Origin: an uncultured Gammaproteobacteria bacterium
GTDB lineage: Bacteria > Patescibacteriota > Patescibacteriia > UBA10025 > JAHIVO01
DNA length: 33,413 nt
NCBI GenBank assembly: GCA_964549245.1
Contig: CAZJUO010000005.1
Span: 1 to 33,413, forward strand
Direction of reading: 5' to 3'
Under the pieces are notes generated by a model, which made no database searches, was not told the origin of the DNA, and saw only the letters and a program-made list of their open reading frames with translations. A program made the translations under genes and the position numbers. Shown in pieces: positions 1-8,678 of the stretch; position 1 is the stretch's first letter; every line of letters begins with the position of its first letter.

Positions 1-17
1 CCTTTTGTGTCTGCCAT
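1..17 (-). CDS. Possible 5' end of a gene running off the window (MADTK...)
   Basis: ATG at 17, 11 nt after the stop of the 7TM gene, open to the window edge; too short to assign. Confidence 0.35.
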
Positions 18-28
18 AAGTACAAATA

Positions 29-733
29 TTATTTATAAAGTTTCGCGGATAAGATCCCGCGTTTATAGAATATACCAAAAAAGATAATTAGAAAAGACAC
101 CAAGGAAAGCAAATCAGAGGTCAGGGCCGCAAACTGGGTAGTGGCCGTATAATACGCGTAGGCAGTAATCATCAGGAACAACAGGCCAATAGCTATAACG
201 ATCGATCTGGTTTTCACCACCTTATCTTGAGATTGGAAACCCTGGCGAAAAAAGAAAATGGTACTCGGTACGAGGACACCGGCAAATATAACCGTACTAG
301 CAAGGCCTACGATTGGATTGATATTCCAGTTGGTAATGCCGGTCGCTCTATTGTATTCCGGATAATTAAAATAAATGACATTCAACATTACGGCGATGGC
401 CGCTGCTACGACGACAATCCAAAATACCCGCTGAACCCACTGAATATTGATAAAATACACCGTCACCTTGGCGAAAAAAGCCACCGCCACAAATAAAAAT
501 GCCTGCGCCATGACAAAACCGATTCCCAATACCAATGACTGCTCTGGCACCAGAAGCCGCGGCAAAGAAAAACAAAAATAACTAAAAATCAAAGAAAAAT
601 ATCCTTGAGCAAAAAACAACAAAACGATTCTTTTATGATCCGAATCACGGTAAGAAGTGTACAGTTTGTAGCTGCAAAATATGCAGATGATGCTGATTAC
701 TAAATCAATAAGTGGCGTAATAGGCAGTCCCAT
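29..733 (-). CDS. Polytopic (~7 TM) membrane protein, candidate stand-alone sensor partner of the upstream histidine kinase
   Basis: About seven hydrophobic segments in 234 aa; starts 2 nt after the kinase stop, so probably co-transcribed. Confidence 0.7.
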   Translation of the reverse strand: MGLPITPLIDLVISIICIFCSYKLYTSYRDSDHKRIVLLFFAQGYFSLIFSYFCFSLPRLLVPEQSLVLGIGFVMAQAFLFVAVAFFAKVTVYFINIQWVQRVFWIVVVAAAIAVMLNVIYFNYPEYNRATGITNWNINPIVGLASTVIFAGVLVPSTIFFFRQGFQSQDKVVKTRSIVIAIGLLFLMITAYAYYTATTQFAALTSDLLSLVSFLIIFFGIFYKRGILSAKLYK

Positions 734-735
734 AG

Positions 736-2250
736 TTACATACTTTTAATAAATTTCTCGAAGGTAGTGCCTTTTGTTTCAGGCGGATGCGTAGGAATCG
801 AAAAATAGAACGAACTTCCTTTTCCCTCGGTACTCTTGAACCATATGTTTCCGCCATGTGTTTTGATAATATTTTTCACAATAAACAAACCCAGGCCAGA
901 ACCATCAGTCTGCATGCGGATAACGTTATCTGCCCTGAAAAACTTGGAAAAAATTCTTTCCTGCTGATAGGCTGGGATGCCTACTCCGGAATCAGTGATG
1001 CAAAAAATAACATTATCAGGCTCTTCATACAAAGAAATTACTACCCGCCCCCCCTTGGGTGTGTATTTCAACGCATTATCAAATAAATTTTGCACTACCA
1101 AACGGATTTTTTGGGGATCAATGTTTACTTTTGGCAATGGTTTTTTGGGTTTTTTGAATTCAAGCTTGACGTGTTTTTTCTTGACGGCATTATACATTTC
1201 TTGGACAACGCTTGAGATAATCTCCTCCAAAGACATGTGGACCATGCGGTATTGGAAGCGCCCTTCCTCAATTCGAGAAACATTGAGCAAATCATTGATC
1301 AAAACGATCATCCGTTCATTGGTTTGGTATCCTTTCATCAGCATCTGCTCCTGCTGCGGATTCAATTGCCCCAAATCGCCGTCCAACAGCATACGGAGTA
1401 CCCATTTGGTAGCCGAGAGCGGCGTGCGCATCTGATGCGAAGCTACGGAAATAAACTCGGTCTTCATCTGATCAATTTCTTTCAAGCGGCGGTTTATCTT
1501 TGAATATATTTTATTCAGCCTTATTAATTCTTGATTAGCTTTTATTAATTCCAATTCCACCTTTTTCAAACTTCTGACTACGTAACCGCTCCGATAGGTG
1601 CTAATGCCCATAAAAGCCAGCATTGTTATGGATATGCCAAAAACGTACAGCGGATTCAAATATAATTTTTCATCCATAACTGTAGATGGGTTGTGCGGCA
1701 GCAAACCATTGAACTCGAAAATAACCATGATCACAAACATAGAGCCGCCGGTGATGAGGTTTAACGGCGCGGCGATTTTGCTGAAATGGACATTGGTGCC
1801 AACTAACTGCAAAAAGTACAAGGGCAAGAAAATGCTCTCCACGCCGCCGCTGGCATAGACGATCAAAGTAATAGCGATCATATCCAAGAAAATCCCGATG
1901 TACGGCCAGAATTTCGGATAGTATACGTTACGATAAATAAAGTGCGAGGTCAGATTAAAAATAAAAGCGATCGCCGCGGCAATGGCGATGCCGACAAGAT
2001 CAAATTCAAAACCGACCTGCTGGCACAGCAGGGAAATGCCAACCACCACGCTGATCATCAAATACCGCACGGCAACGGACCAGCGCAGGCGTTTTAGTTT
2101 TTCCTTGGCCTCCAGCATGACAATATCCCGCTTCATTCGTACATCAGCCTCTTTTTCGGCTTGTGTCTTATGCTTCAATCGAGCGGGTGATTGCCCCTGT
2201 TGGTTTGTTTTCTTTTGAGCCTCTTTTGTATCTGGCGGAGGTGACCCCAT
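736..2250 (-). CDS. Membrane-bound sensor histidine kinase (HisKA + HATPase_c)
   Basis: H-box EFISVASHQMRTPL, N-box NLFDNALKYT, G1 DSGVGIP, F-box IFSKFFR, G2 GSGLGL; about 5 N-terminal TM helices. Start moved to ATG 2250 because the longer ORF overlaps comM and runs through a promoter. Confidence 0.93.
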   Translation of the reverse strand: MGSPPPDTKEAQKKTNQQGQSPARLKHKTQAEKEADVRMKRDIVMLEAKEKLKRLRWSVAVRYLMISVVVGISLLCQQVGFEFDLVGIAIAAAIAFIFNLTSHFIYRNVYYPKFWPYIGIFLDMIAITLIVYASGGVESIFLPLYFLQLVGTNVHFSKIAAPLNLITGGSMFVIMVIFEFNGLLPHNPSTVMDEKLYLNPLYVFGISITMLAFMGISTYRSGYVVRSLKKVELELIKANQELIRLNKIYSKINRRLKEIDQMKTEFISVASHQMRTPLSATKWVLRMLLDGDLGQLNPQQEQMLMKGYQTNERMIVLINDLLNVSRIEEGRFQYRMVHMSLEEIISSVVQEMYNAVKKKHVKLEFKKPKKPLPKVNIDPQKIRLVVQNLFDNALKYTPKGGRVVISLYEEPDNVIFCITDSGVGIPAYQQERIFSKFFRADNVIRMQTDGSGLGLFIVKNIIKTHGGNIWFKSTEGKGSSFYFSIPTHPPETKGTTFEKFIKSM

Positions 2251-2295
2251 TGAAATATGATATATTTTAAAAAAATTCCCACCGACGATGACTTT

Positions 2296-2324
2296 ATTGT
2301 AACATTTTTCGGCAAAAAAATCAA
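2296..2324 (-). promoter_or_regulatory. Sigma70-type promoter for the kinase operon
   Basis: TTGATT-17 nt-TACAAT with an extended TG. Confidence 0.6.
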
Positions 2325-3841
2325 TCAACCGGCTGACGATACTGCAAACTCTCGGCAATGTCTTTTGCTTCAATAGATTTTCGATTTTCCAAATCTGCTA
2401 TAGTACGTGCGACTTTGAGGATGCGGTAGTAGCTGCGGGCTGAAAGATAGTATTGGCTGACCGCGCTGCGCAGCAACTTTTTTGCGGGACTGGCAAGCGG
2501 ACAATACCGATCAACCTCCCGGGTGCTCATTTCTGTATTTAATGAACAAACACGCCTCTCAAATCTTTTCGACTGAATTTTCCTGACTTGCTCTACTCTA
2601 GCCTGAATGGTTTTCGAGGATTCCCCGCTGCTGGTATGTTGAAGCTTGTCATATTCCACGCGAGGCACCAACAGATGCAAATCGATTCTATCAAGCAGTG
2701 GCCCTGATATTTTCTTTTGGTATTTGATAATATGCTGCGGTGAACAGGTGCAATCACGGTGTTGGTCATGATAGTATCCGCAGGGGCATGGATTGCGCGC
2801 CGCTACCAGGGTAAACCGAGCGGGAAACTGGACCGAACCGGCCGCCCTGGCTACGGTGATTATGCCGTCTTCTAATGGTTGGCGCAAACTTTCCAATACG
2901 GTACGCGAAAATTCCGGGAATTCATCTAAAAATAATACCCCGCGGTGGGCCAGTGAAATTTCACCCGGCTTTGGGAAACTGCCGCCGCCTACCAAAGCTA
3001 CCGAAGAGGTTGTATGATGGGGCGTGCGAAACGGCCTATTCCGCAGCAAGGGCGTATCTTTTGACAGCATGGCAGCTACCGAATAAATCTTGGTAACCTC
3101 CAGGGCTTCTTCAAATTTCATTGGCGGCAAAATAGTCGGCAAAGTGCGGGCCAGCAGCGTTTTGCCTGAACCGGGCGGTCCGGTCATGAGGACATTATGA
3201 CCTCCCGCGGCGGCAATTTCCATGGCACGCTTGGCCTGCTCCTGGCCTTTGACAAACCGCATATCAAAATTCTCATTCTCCTGTGGCTTTTCCTGCTGCT
3301 GATGAGTACGATATGGGGGCAGCGGCTGACGACCAACTAAATGGTTAGCTATGGAACTTAAACTTGCCACCGGAAATACAGTAACTCCTTTTACCAAGGC
3401 CGCTTCAGCGGCATTTTTCGCTGGTACATAAATTTCCTTCACCCCGGCTTGCTTAGCCGCCATAGTCATGGCCAAAACCCCCTGCACCGGTCGAATCATA
3501 CCCTGCAGAGAAAGCTCCCCAATAAATATTTTTTGCAATAACCGATCGGGGGCTTGTATTTCACCGCGAGCAATGAGAATAGCCAAGGCGATGGGCAAAT
3601 CATAGCTCGGGCCTTGTTTTTTCAAATCAGCCGGAGCTAAGTTAACCGTGACAACGCCAGGCGGAAACTCAAATCCGCTGTTTAGGATCCCCGAACGTAC
3701 GCGCTCCTTAGCCTCTTGTACCGCTGCGTCAGGCAATCCCACAATGGGTATTTTGGGCAGGCCACGTGAGACCGAGGCCTCCACTTCTATAATTTTTCCG
3801 TCCAAGCCGACTACTGCGGCGGACAATACTTTGGCGGACAT
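2321..3841 (-). CDS. comM: ComM/YifB family Mg-chelatase-like AAA+ ATPase (competence helicase)
   Basis: IVGLPDAAVQEAKERVR, NLAPADLKK, Walker A GPPGSGKT, PGEISLAHRGVLFLDE, NPCPCG zinc motif, SGPLLDRID. Confidence 0.95.
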   Translation of the reverse strand: MSAKVLSAAVVGLDGKIIEVEASVSRGLPKIPIVGLPDAAVQEAKERVRSGILNSGFEFPPGVVTVNLAPADLKKQGPSYDLPIALAILIARGEIQAPDRLLQKIFIGELSLQGMIRPVQGVLAMTMAAKQAGVKEIYVPAKNAAEAALVKGVTVFPVASLSSIANHLVGRQPLPPYRTHQQQEKPQENENFDMRFVKGQEQAKRAMEIAAAGGHNVLMTGPPGSGKTLLARTLPTILPPMKFEEALEVTKIYSVAAMLSKDTPLLRNRPFRTPHHTTSSVALVGGGSFPKPGEISLAHRGVLFLDEFPEFSRTVLESLRQPLEDGIITVARAAGSVQFPARFTLVAARNPCPCGYYHDQHRDCTCSPQHIIKYQKKISGPLLDRIDLHLLVPRVEYDKLQHTSSGESSKTIQARVEQVRKIQSKRFERRVCSLNTEMSTREVDRYCPLASPAKKLLRSAVSQYYLSARSYYRILKVARTIADLENRKSIEAKDIAESLQYRQPVD

Positions 3842-3914
3842 AGTTTTTAATTCCTAATTTAGAATTTCTAATTTGTAGTCAAGCCTCAATGATCAAATAT
3901 CTTAATGTCTAATT
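3842..3914. repeat. Degenerate heptamer tandem array (AATTTCT-like) downstream of the four-helix-bundle gene
   Basis: agttttt aattcct aatttag aatttct aatttgt ... aagcctc aatgatc ... aatgtct. Confidence 0.65.
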
Positions 3915-4277
3915 ATTGTTATTAGTTGAATGAACAATAGCATTAAAAATTAAATTGAGCTCCCTAGCCTCTTGGTAAAGTATCTTCACTTTATTTTCTC
4001 ACTCCGGAACAGTAGTAACAATCATTTTTAACCAGTACTTCGTTTCTCTGGCTTCTTTTTTACATATTCCTATTTTATCCTTAAAATCTTTTCTCGATTC
4101 ATCATCATCAGCTTCGCAGTAGTTGGATCCTATACTAGTAGCTGATCTACCAAGCTGACCAATGAGGTCGTAGCGTTCTGATGAGGGCAGTTTAGTAACT
4201 ATATCTTTCATAACAGTTAAAGCAAAGCTGTAAGCATTTTGGTACACGTGAAGGTCTTTAAAGCTCTGAATCGGCAT
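3909..4277 (-). pseudogene. Four-helix-bundle protein (23S rRNA IVP / Avd-like, TIGR02436-type) interrupted by an in-frame TGA
   Basis: SFKDLHVYQ...QLGRSATSIGSNYCEA...KKEARETKYWL; TGA at 3999-4001; the same frame continues ENKVKILYQEARELNLIFNAIVHS... (the typical fourth helix) to TAG at 3909. Confidence 0.8.
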
Positions 4278-4280
4278 ATA

Positions 4281-4348
4281 CTTGAGACATTAAACTTATT
4301 TCCATACATTCTTCTTTAAACGTTAAACTTTGGACTTTTATCATTTGG
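4281..4348. repeat. Degenerate heptamer array (CTTTAAA-like) upstream of the four-helix-bundle gene
   Basis: cttgaga cattaaa ... ctttaaa cgttaaa ctttgga cttttat catttgg. Confidence 0.55.
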
Positions 4349-4407
4349 CTAATAAAGATAAATGGATCGTAATACATAGATCAATGAAGAAAAATAAATA
4401 ATTAAAC

Positions 4408-4438
4408 AAAAAACCTTCCCTTTGGGGGGAAAGTTTTT
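4408..4438 (-). terminator. Intrinsic terminator
   Basis: Minus strand AAAAACTTTCCC-cccaaa-GGGAAGGTTTTTT; the G-U pair favours the minus strand. Confidence 0.65.
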
Positions 4439-4459
4439 AAAATATTCTTCTCTGCTGGC

Positions 4460-4488
4460 ATTATAGTATTGTACTGAAAAAATGTCAA
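4460..4488 (-). promoter_or_regulatory. Perfect-consensus sigma70 promoter
   Basis: TTGACA (4488-4483), 17-nt spacer, TATAAT (4465-4460). Confidence 0.8.
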
Positions 4489-4628
4489 TACACGGGCTGT
4501 TTATTTGACTTTTATGGTATTAAACGTAACAATAAAAAGGGTACTAAACGCTGGTTGCACCTTACGCCAAAGTATAACAATAGTCACACCATAAACAAAC
4601 ATAATACCTCAAACCGAGGGGGGGAATT

Positions 4629-4883
4629 ATGAACCAGGGGCATACTGATCGTACTGATAGGATACTACAGGATAAAATCCTGGTCTGCGTTGCTTGCGGA
4701 GAAGAATTCACCTTTACCGCAGCAGCTCAAGAATATTTTCTTGATCGGGGCATCACTGAAGATCCAAAACGCTGTAAATCATGCTATATGGCATTGAAAA
4801 AAGAAAAGCGGCAAAAGCAGAAACAACGCAGATACAAACCATACCGCGGCCGCAGTGACCATCGGCCACCAAGCCATTATTAA
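4629..4883 (+). CDS. Small zinc-ribbon protein (zf-trcl / PF13451-like) with a basic tail
   Basis: DKILVCVACGEEFTFTAAAQEYF..RG....PKRCKSC; G-rich SD upstream. Confidence 0.85.
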   Translation: MNQGHTDRTDRILQDKILVCVACGEEFTFTAAAQEYFLDRGITEDPKRCKSCYMALKKEKRQKQKQRRYKPYRGRSDHRPPSHY

Positions 4884-4943
4884 AAACCAATACAGCATAA
4901 AAAACGTACATCATTCCAGCGCTATACCCTTTCTCAAGTACCA

Positions 4944-4986
4944 ACCGCCGCTTTCACTACAATAATATAGTAAGTGGCGGTTTTTT
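4944..4986 (+). terminator. Terminator between the convergent zinc-ribbon and pseudouridine synthase genes
   Basis: AACCGCCGCTT...AAGTGGCGGTTTTTT. Confidence 0.65.
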
Positions 4987-5665
4987 ATTGTATGTCTTGT
5001 TTTTTAATACTCTTATATTTTCCTGACGGCAATCCCTTGAGGGACAGTTTACTAATCCGCACACGAATGAGGGACAGTACTGATGCATTGATTGTTTCAA
5101 ACATCCGGCGGATCTGCCGTTTCCAGCCTTGGTGCAGTATAACGCTATATCTGTTTTTGCCTATTTGCTTTATTGAATCAAAACAAGCCCTGCCTTCAGC
5201 CAACCAAACGCCCTGTCGCAGCTTGGACAACTCCTTACTGGTTAATGGTCGGCGGACGGCAACGAGATACTCTTTCTGGTGCTGGTATCTTGGATGTGTC
5301 AGCTGATAAACAAACTGGCCATCATCTGATAATACCAGCAACCCTTCTGAAGCTTTGTCCAGCCGTCCGGCGATTTTCAGGCGGTGAAAATGTTTCGGCA
5401 GTAAATCAAATACCGACTGCTCGTTTTCGAAACGTGCATGGGTACAAACATAGCCGGCGGGTTTATTCATCGCCAAATAGGTATATTGGCGAACTACCGA
5501 ACATAAGCGGCCGTCTACTGTTATTTCGTCACGCTCGGGCTGTACCTGCTTACCCATGGCCGTTACCAACGAACCGTTGATAAAAACTCGCTGTTGTTTA
5601 ATTAATTCATCAGCTTTGCGCCGGGAAGCAATGCCGCATTGGGCTAAAAATTTATTAAGTCTCAT
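4985..5665 (-). CDS. rRNA pseudouridine synthase, RsuA/RluB family, with an S4 domain
   Basis: MRLNKFLAQCGIASRRKAD S4 domain, NKPAGYV, catalytic GRLD, QIRRMF. Confidence 0.93.
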   Translation of the reverse strand: MRLNKFLAQCGIASRRKADELIKQQRVFINGSLVTAMGKQVQPERDEITVDGRLCSVVRQYTYLAMNKPAGYVCTHARFENEQSVFDLLPKHFHRLKIAGRLDKASEGLLVLSDDGQFVYQLTHPRYQHQKEYLVAVRRPLTSKELSKLRQGVWLAEGRACFDSIKQIGKNRYSVILHQGWKRQIRRMFETINASVLSLIRVRISKLSLKGLPSGKYKSIKKQDIQ

Positions 5666-6761
5666 AGTGTCTACTTAAAATCAAATAATGAGCCGCCCAA
5701 AGCATTGATTCGTCCGTTAGATAAAAAGGGGTGGCAAATGGCTCTCCCTTATTATTAAAAACTTCCAGAAAATTCCTGTGTTTCTCGATAATGTGCCGGT
5801 AGAAGCTCATTAAACGTTCGAATTTCTTTTGGTAACCAAATTTTTTTAACATCATTATGTAATTCATACCGTGAATTGACCAGATCGAATCAGTGATATA
5901 CCCGCGAACAAAAATTTCTTCCCAAACCTTACGGGGTTGATCTCGGCCATTTGAGTATTTTAGAGGAAACGGCTGTTCGAGTTTTTGTTTTTTTATATGC
6001 TGCTCGACCGTTTGAAACATGCCCGGATCGTCAAATACACCTATCCAAAAAGGATAGATATTCGCATCACCGGTAACTACGTCAGATCGATGAATGTCAT
6101 CAAAGAAGTACCGCCCGTTCCATAATCTATGCTTAATAGCTGATGTTATGTCGTATCGAGCAAAAGGATTTTCCAAGCCTAAATCAGTCAAATCATTTCT
6201 TAACATAGCCAGCATGCAATTATCATACGTAGAAGAATCTCTAATAGCATAATCCTTAAACGAGGAAAAATGCCCATGTCTTACCATTGAAGTTCGTGGA
6301 TTAAAAGTTCGTTTAAAACACCTATCGATTTCCCGCTTTATCAACGTAGCATGTTTTGGCAGTAAGTCGGTCGCTTTTGAGACCTTAATCGAATGAATCA
6401 AATACGGCACGGAATCAACCGCGTATTTTGGAAAATCAAATGGTGTGCCATGCGGTGTAATAGTAGTCGTGATATGGCCTTTTTTTTCAAATATTGAGAG
6501 AGCATACTCAAGCGTAGCTCGGACCCGTTTGCCGTACCCAAGTTCCACAAGAGCTTCCGCGCATAGTCCAAAATCCCGTGTCCAAAACTGGCTAAAATGA
6601 CCAGCGCTGGTCATAAAATAGCTACCATTCCAACAAGCTTTGATAATCGCCTGGCAAATTTCCGTTGCTTTACCGGGGTACTGAAAAAAACCACGGCGCT
6701 TCCGCTGACTCGCGGCCCAATAAATCCTAATACCCTCTCGAATATGTATCCAACGTAACAT
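5655..6761 (-). CDS. Putative six-hairpin (alpha/alpha)6 glycoside hydrolase
   Basis: GHFSQFWTRD, DS.P, LWNGRYF.D and FLEVF motifs resemble amylo-alpha-1,6-glucosidase/invertase-like enzymes; substrate not determinable. Confidence 0.6.
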   Translation of the reverse strand: MLRWIHIREGIRIYWAASQRKRRGFFQYPGKATEICQAIIKACWNGSYFMTSAGHFSQFWTRDFGLCAEALVELGYGKRVRATLEYALSIFEKKGHITTTITPHGTPFDFPKYAVDSVPYLIHSIKVSKATDLLPKHATLIKREIDRCFKRTFNPRTSMVRHGHFSSFKDYAIRDSSTYDNCMLAMLRNDLTDLGLENPFARYDITSAIKHRLWNGRYFFDDIHRSDVVTGDANIYPFWIGVFDDPGMFQTVEQHIKKQKLEQPFPLKYSNGRDQPRKVWEEIFVRGYITDSIWSIHGMNYIMMLKKFGYQKKFERLMSFYRHIIEKHRNFLEVFNNKGEPFATPFYLTDESMLWAAHYLILSRHYET

Positions 6762-6864
6762 ATAATAAATACTTGAAAATTATTCTTAGTATACCATAAA
6801 AAAAGATTATCCGAGCAGCTAAATAGTGTAATAACAATTCGCCAAGCAGTATGACATTGAACAT

Positions 6865-6900
6865 AAAAAAAACGGAGCCTTGATAAGCCTAGCTCCGTTT
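6865..6900 (-). terminator. Intrinsic terminator
   Basis: AAACGGAGC / GCTCCGTTT stem followed by a T run on the minus strand. Confidence 0.7.
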
Positions 6901-6911
6901 ATTACGTAATT

Positions 6912-7658
6912 TCAATTCAGCTTTTTTTCCGATTTTGCCAGCCGTTTGCGCCAATTTGCTGTTTCGGACCTATAAAATTCCATGCAGGCAAATGAATCCG
7001 CCATTGACAAGTGGTCACGCGCTTGAGCCAGCGGCCTGCCGTCATCTTGAGAGTCAGCCAAGGCATAAAAGTATTTGACCCAATACAAATGAAGAAAAAA
7101 CTGCTGGTAGGCAGCCGATATTTCCGTACTTTCTTGCAGCCGTTTCAAATCAGCCAAAACAATGGAAAAATACATTGAATCCGGCATCATAATAAGCGCT
7201 TCAGCGCCTATCGCCACACGTACAAACCGGACAATAATATCGTCTGGATTTTCCTCTACCGTTTGGCAGATCAACTCAATAGCTGAACGTACTTTTGCCT
7301 TCATGGACTTTGAAGAAAAGCCACTGGCAATCCAGGTAAAAAACTTTTTGGCAAAAGCCATATCGCGAATCTGTATGGCTTCCAAAGCCCCTTGGTACGC
7401 TCGCAAGACTGGGGTCATAGAATCCGCTGGCAGCTGCTCAAATAGCTTTTCTGCCTTTGTGCGCGCCTTCTTGTCTTTGGAATAAGCTGTTTTGTTAACC
7501 AGCAATACTATCTGATCCGATATCTCATTTTTGTTCAAACACGCAAGGGCACTATCAGCCGCCGCATCAAAAAGGAAATAAATTGAAGGGCTGCAATCGT
7601 CTTGGGCTGCTGCAGAAACGCAAAAAAGAATGGACAAAAAAAACAGAAGAGGCTTCAT
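6912..7658 (-). CDS. Secreted alpha-helical hypothetical protein
   Basis: Sec signal MKPLLFFLSILFCVSAAA; AAGGAGG SD; helical, TPR-like character. Confidence 0.7.
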   Translation of the reverse strand: MKPLLFFLSILFCVSAAAQDDCSPSIYFLFDAAADSALACLNKNEISDQIVLLVNKTAYSKDKKARTKAEKLFEQLPADSMTPVLRAYQGALEAIQIRDMAFAKKFFTWIASGFSSKSMKAKVRSAIELICQTVEENPDDIIVRFVRVAIGAEALIMMPDSMYFSIVLADLKRLQESTEISAAYQQFFLHLYWVKYFYALADSQDDGRPLAQARDHLSMADSFACMEFYRSETANWRKRLAKSEKKLN

Positions 7659-7693
7659 GCCAACCTCCTTATTATATAAAGAACTATTTGTAA

Positions 7694-8182
7694 TTACTCC
7701 ATGGTATCACGATTATGGTGATCGTTCAACGTTTTCTTAAACACAAACAAATAGATAATCCAGATCGCTCCCCCTAAAATAAAAAGGTCGGCAAGATTAA
7801 ATACCGGCCAAGAGGTCAGCACAATCATATCCACCACATACCCGTGCACCAGACGGTCCAATAAATTCGAAAAGGCTCCGATAACAATTAACCCCAACGC
7901 CACGATAAGGACAGTTTCCTTTTTATGGTAGGCGCGAATTATCATGGCCAGCAACACCATCAATAAAATTACCGACACGATAATTAAAAAAGCTTTGGGC
8001 AGCGGTACGCTGTAGGCTATGCCCTGGTTTCGCTCCAATATCAAACCAGTTGTTCCGGAAAATACAAACAACCCATCACGCGGCAACATTTGCAAGGCCA
8101 ACCACTTGCTGATTCTATCTACCATAAAAAAGCCCACCAACACTAGCAGTATCGTGAGTGTCTTCCGATGAGTCCTGTCCAT
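7694..8182 (-). CDS. lspA: Lipoprotein signal peptidase II
   Basis: DRISK, NQGIAYS, GAFSNLLDR, VVDMI, FNLAD motifs; 4 TM segments. Confidence 0.93.
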   Translation of the reverse strand: MDRTHRKTLTILLVLVGFFMVDRISKWLALQMLPRDGLFVFSGTTGLILERNQGIAYSVPLPKAFLIIVSVILLMVLLAMIIRAYHKKETVLIVALGLIVIGAFSNLLDRLVHGYVVDMIVLTSWPVFNLADLFILGGAIWIIYLFVFKKTLNDHHNRDTME

Positions 8183-8188
8183 AGGAAA

Positions 8189-8545
8189 TTACTTATTGTG
8201 ACATTTCAAACAGTGCTGCGCTTCAGGATAGACCAGCAGTCGATTTTCTTCTATAGGCTGCTGGCAGGTTTCACAAGCGCCGTATTTCCCGTCTTCCATT
8301 TTTTGCAGCGCTTTCTCAATTTTTTCTAAATTAATCTCCAAATTCCGTTCCAAGGAAATATTATCTTGCCAATCAGCAACTTCGACTGCGTTGTCTTCAT
8401 CTTTATCGCCAATATCCTGCCATTTGGCCTGAACTTTGTCTTTATTAAAGGTTTTTTCTTTGGTCATCCCCTCCAATTGAGCCGTCAAGCTTTTTTGCCG
8501 TTCGTTTAGCTTTTGCTTAATTTGCTCTTGTACTGCCTGGTCCAT
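8189..8545 (-). CDS. TraR/DksA C4-type zinc-finger protein
   Basis: Coiled coil with an acidic tip DEDNA; YGACETC...I...RL...PEAQHCLKC. Confidence 0.9.
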   Translation of the reverse strand: MDQAVQEQIKQKLNERQKSLTAQLEGMTKEKTFNKDKVQAKWQDIGDKDEDNAVEVADWQDNISLERNLEINLEKIEKALQKMEDGKYGACETCQQPIEENRLLVYPEAQHCLKCHNK

Positions 8546-8613
8546 AAAGTGTGCTTATTACAAATAAATTAGTAAATACGATAGCATTATACCACACCCT
8601 TTTTGCAAAGCAA

Positions 8614-8655
8614 CCTCCCCCGCCTTTTCGAGGTTTAGGCGGGGGAGGAGTTTTT
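8614..8655. terminator. GC-rich hairpin/terminator after the surface protein gene
   Basis: CCTCCCCCGCC (8614-8624) / GGCGGGGGAGG (8638-8648). Confidence 0.7.
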
Positions 8656-8678
8656 ATATCAACCGTTTATAACGTGAG

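Noticed and set aside
3999-4001. TGA recoded as Gly (genetic code 25)
   Set aside because: comM, the 6912 gene and the PEP gene end at TGA at sensible lengths, and the long genes contain no internal TGA.
3909-4277. Diversity-generating retroelement (Avd-like gene)
   Set aside because: No reverse transcriptase and no TR/VR pair visible in the window.
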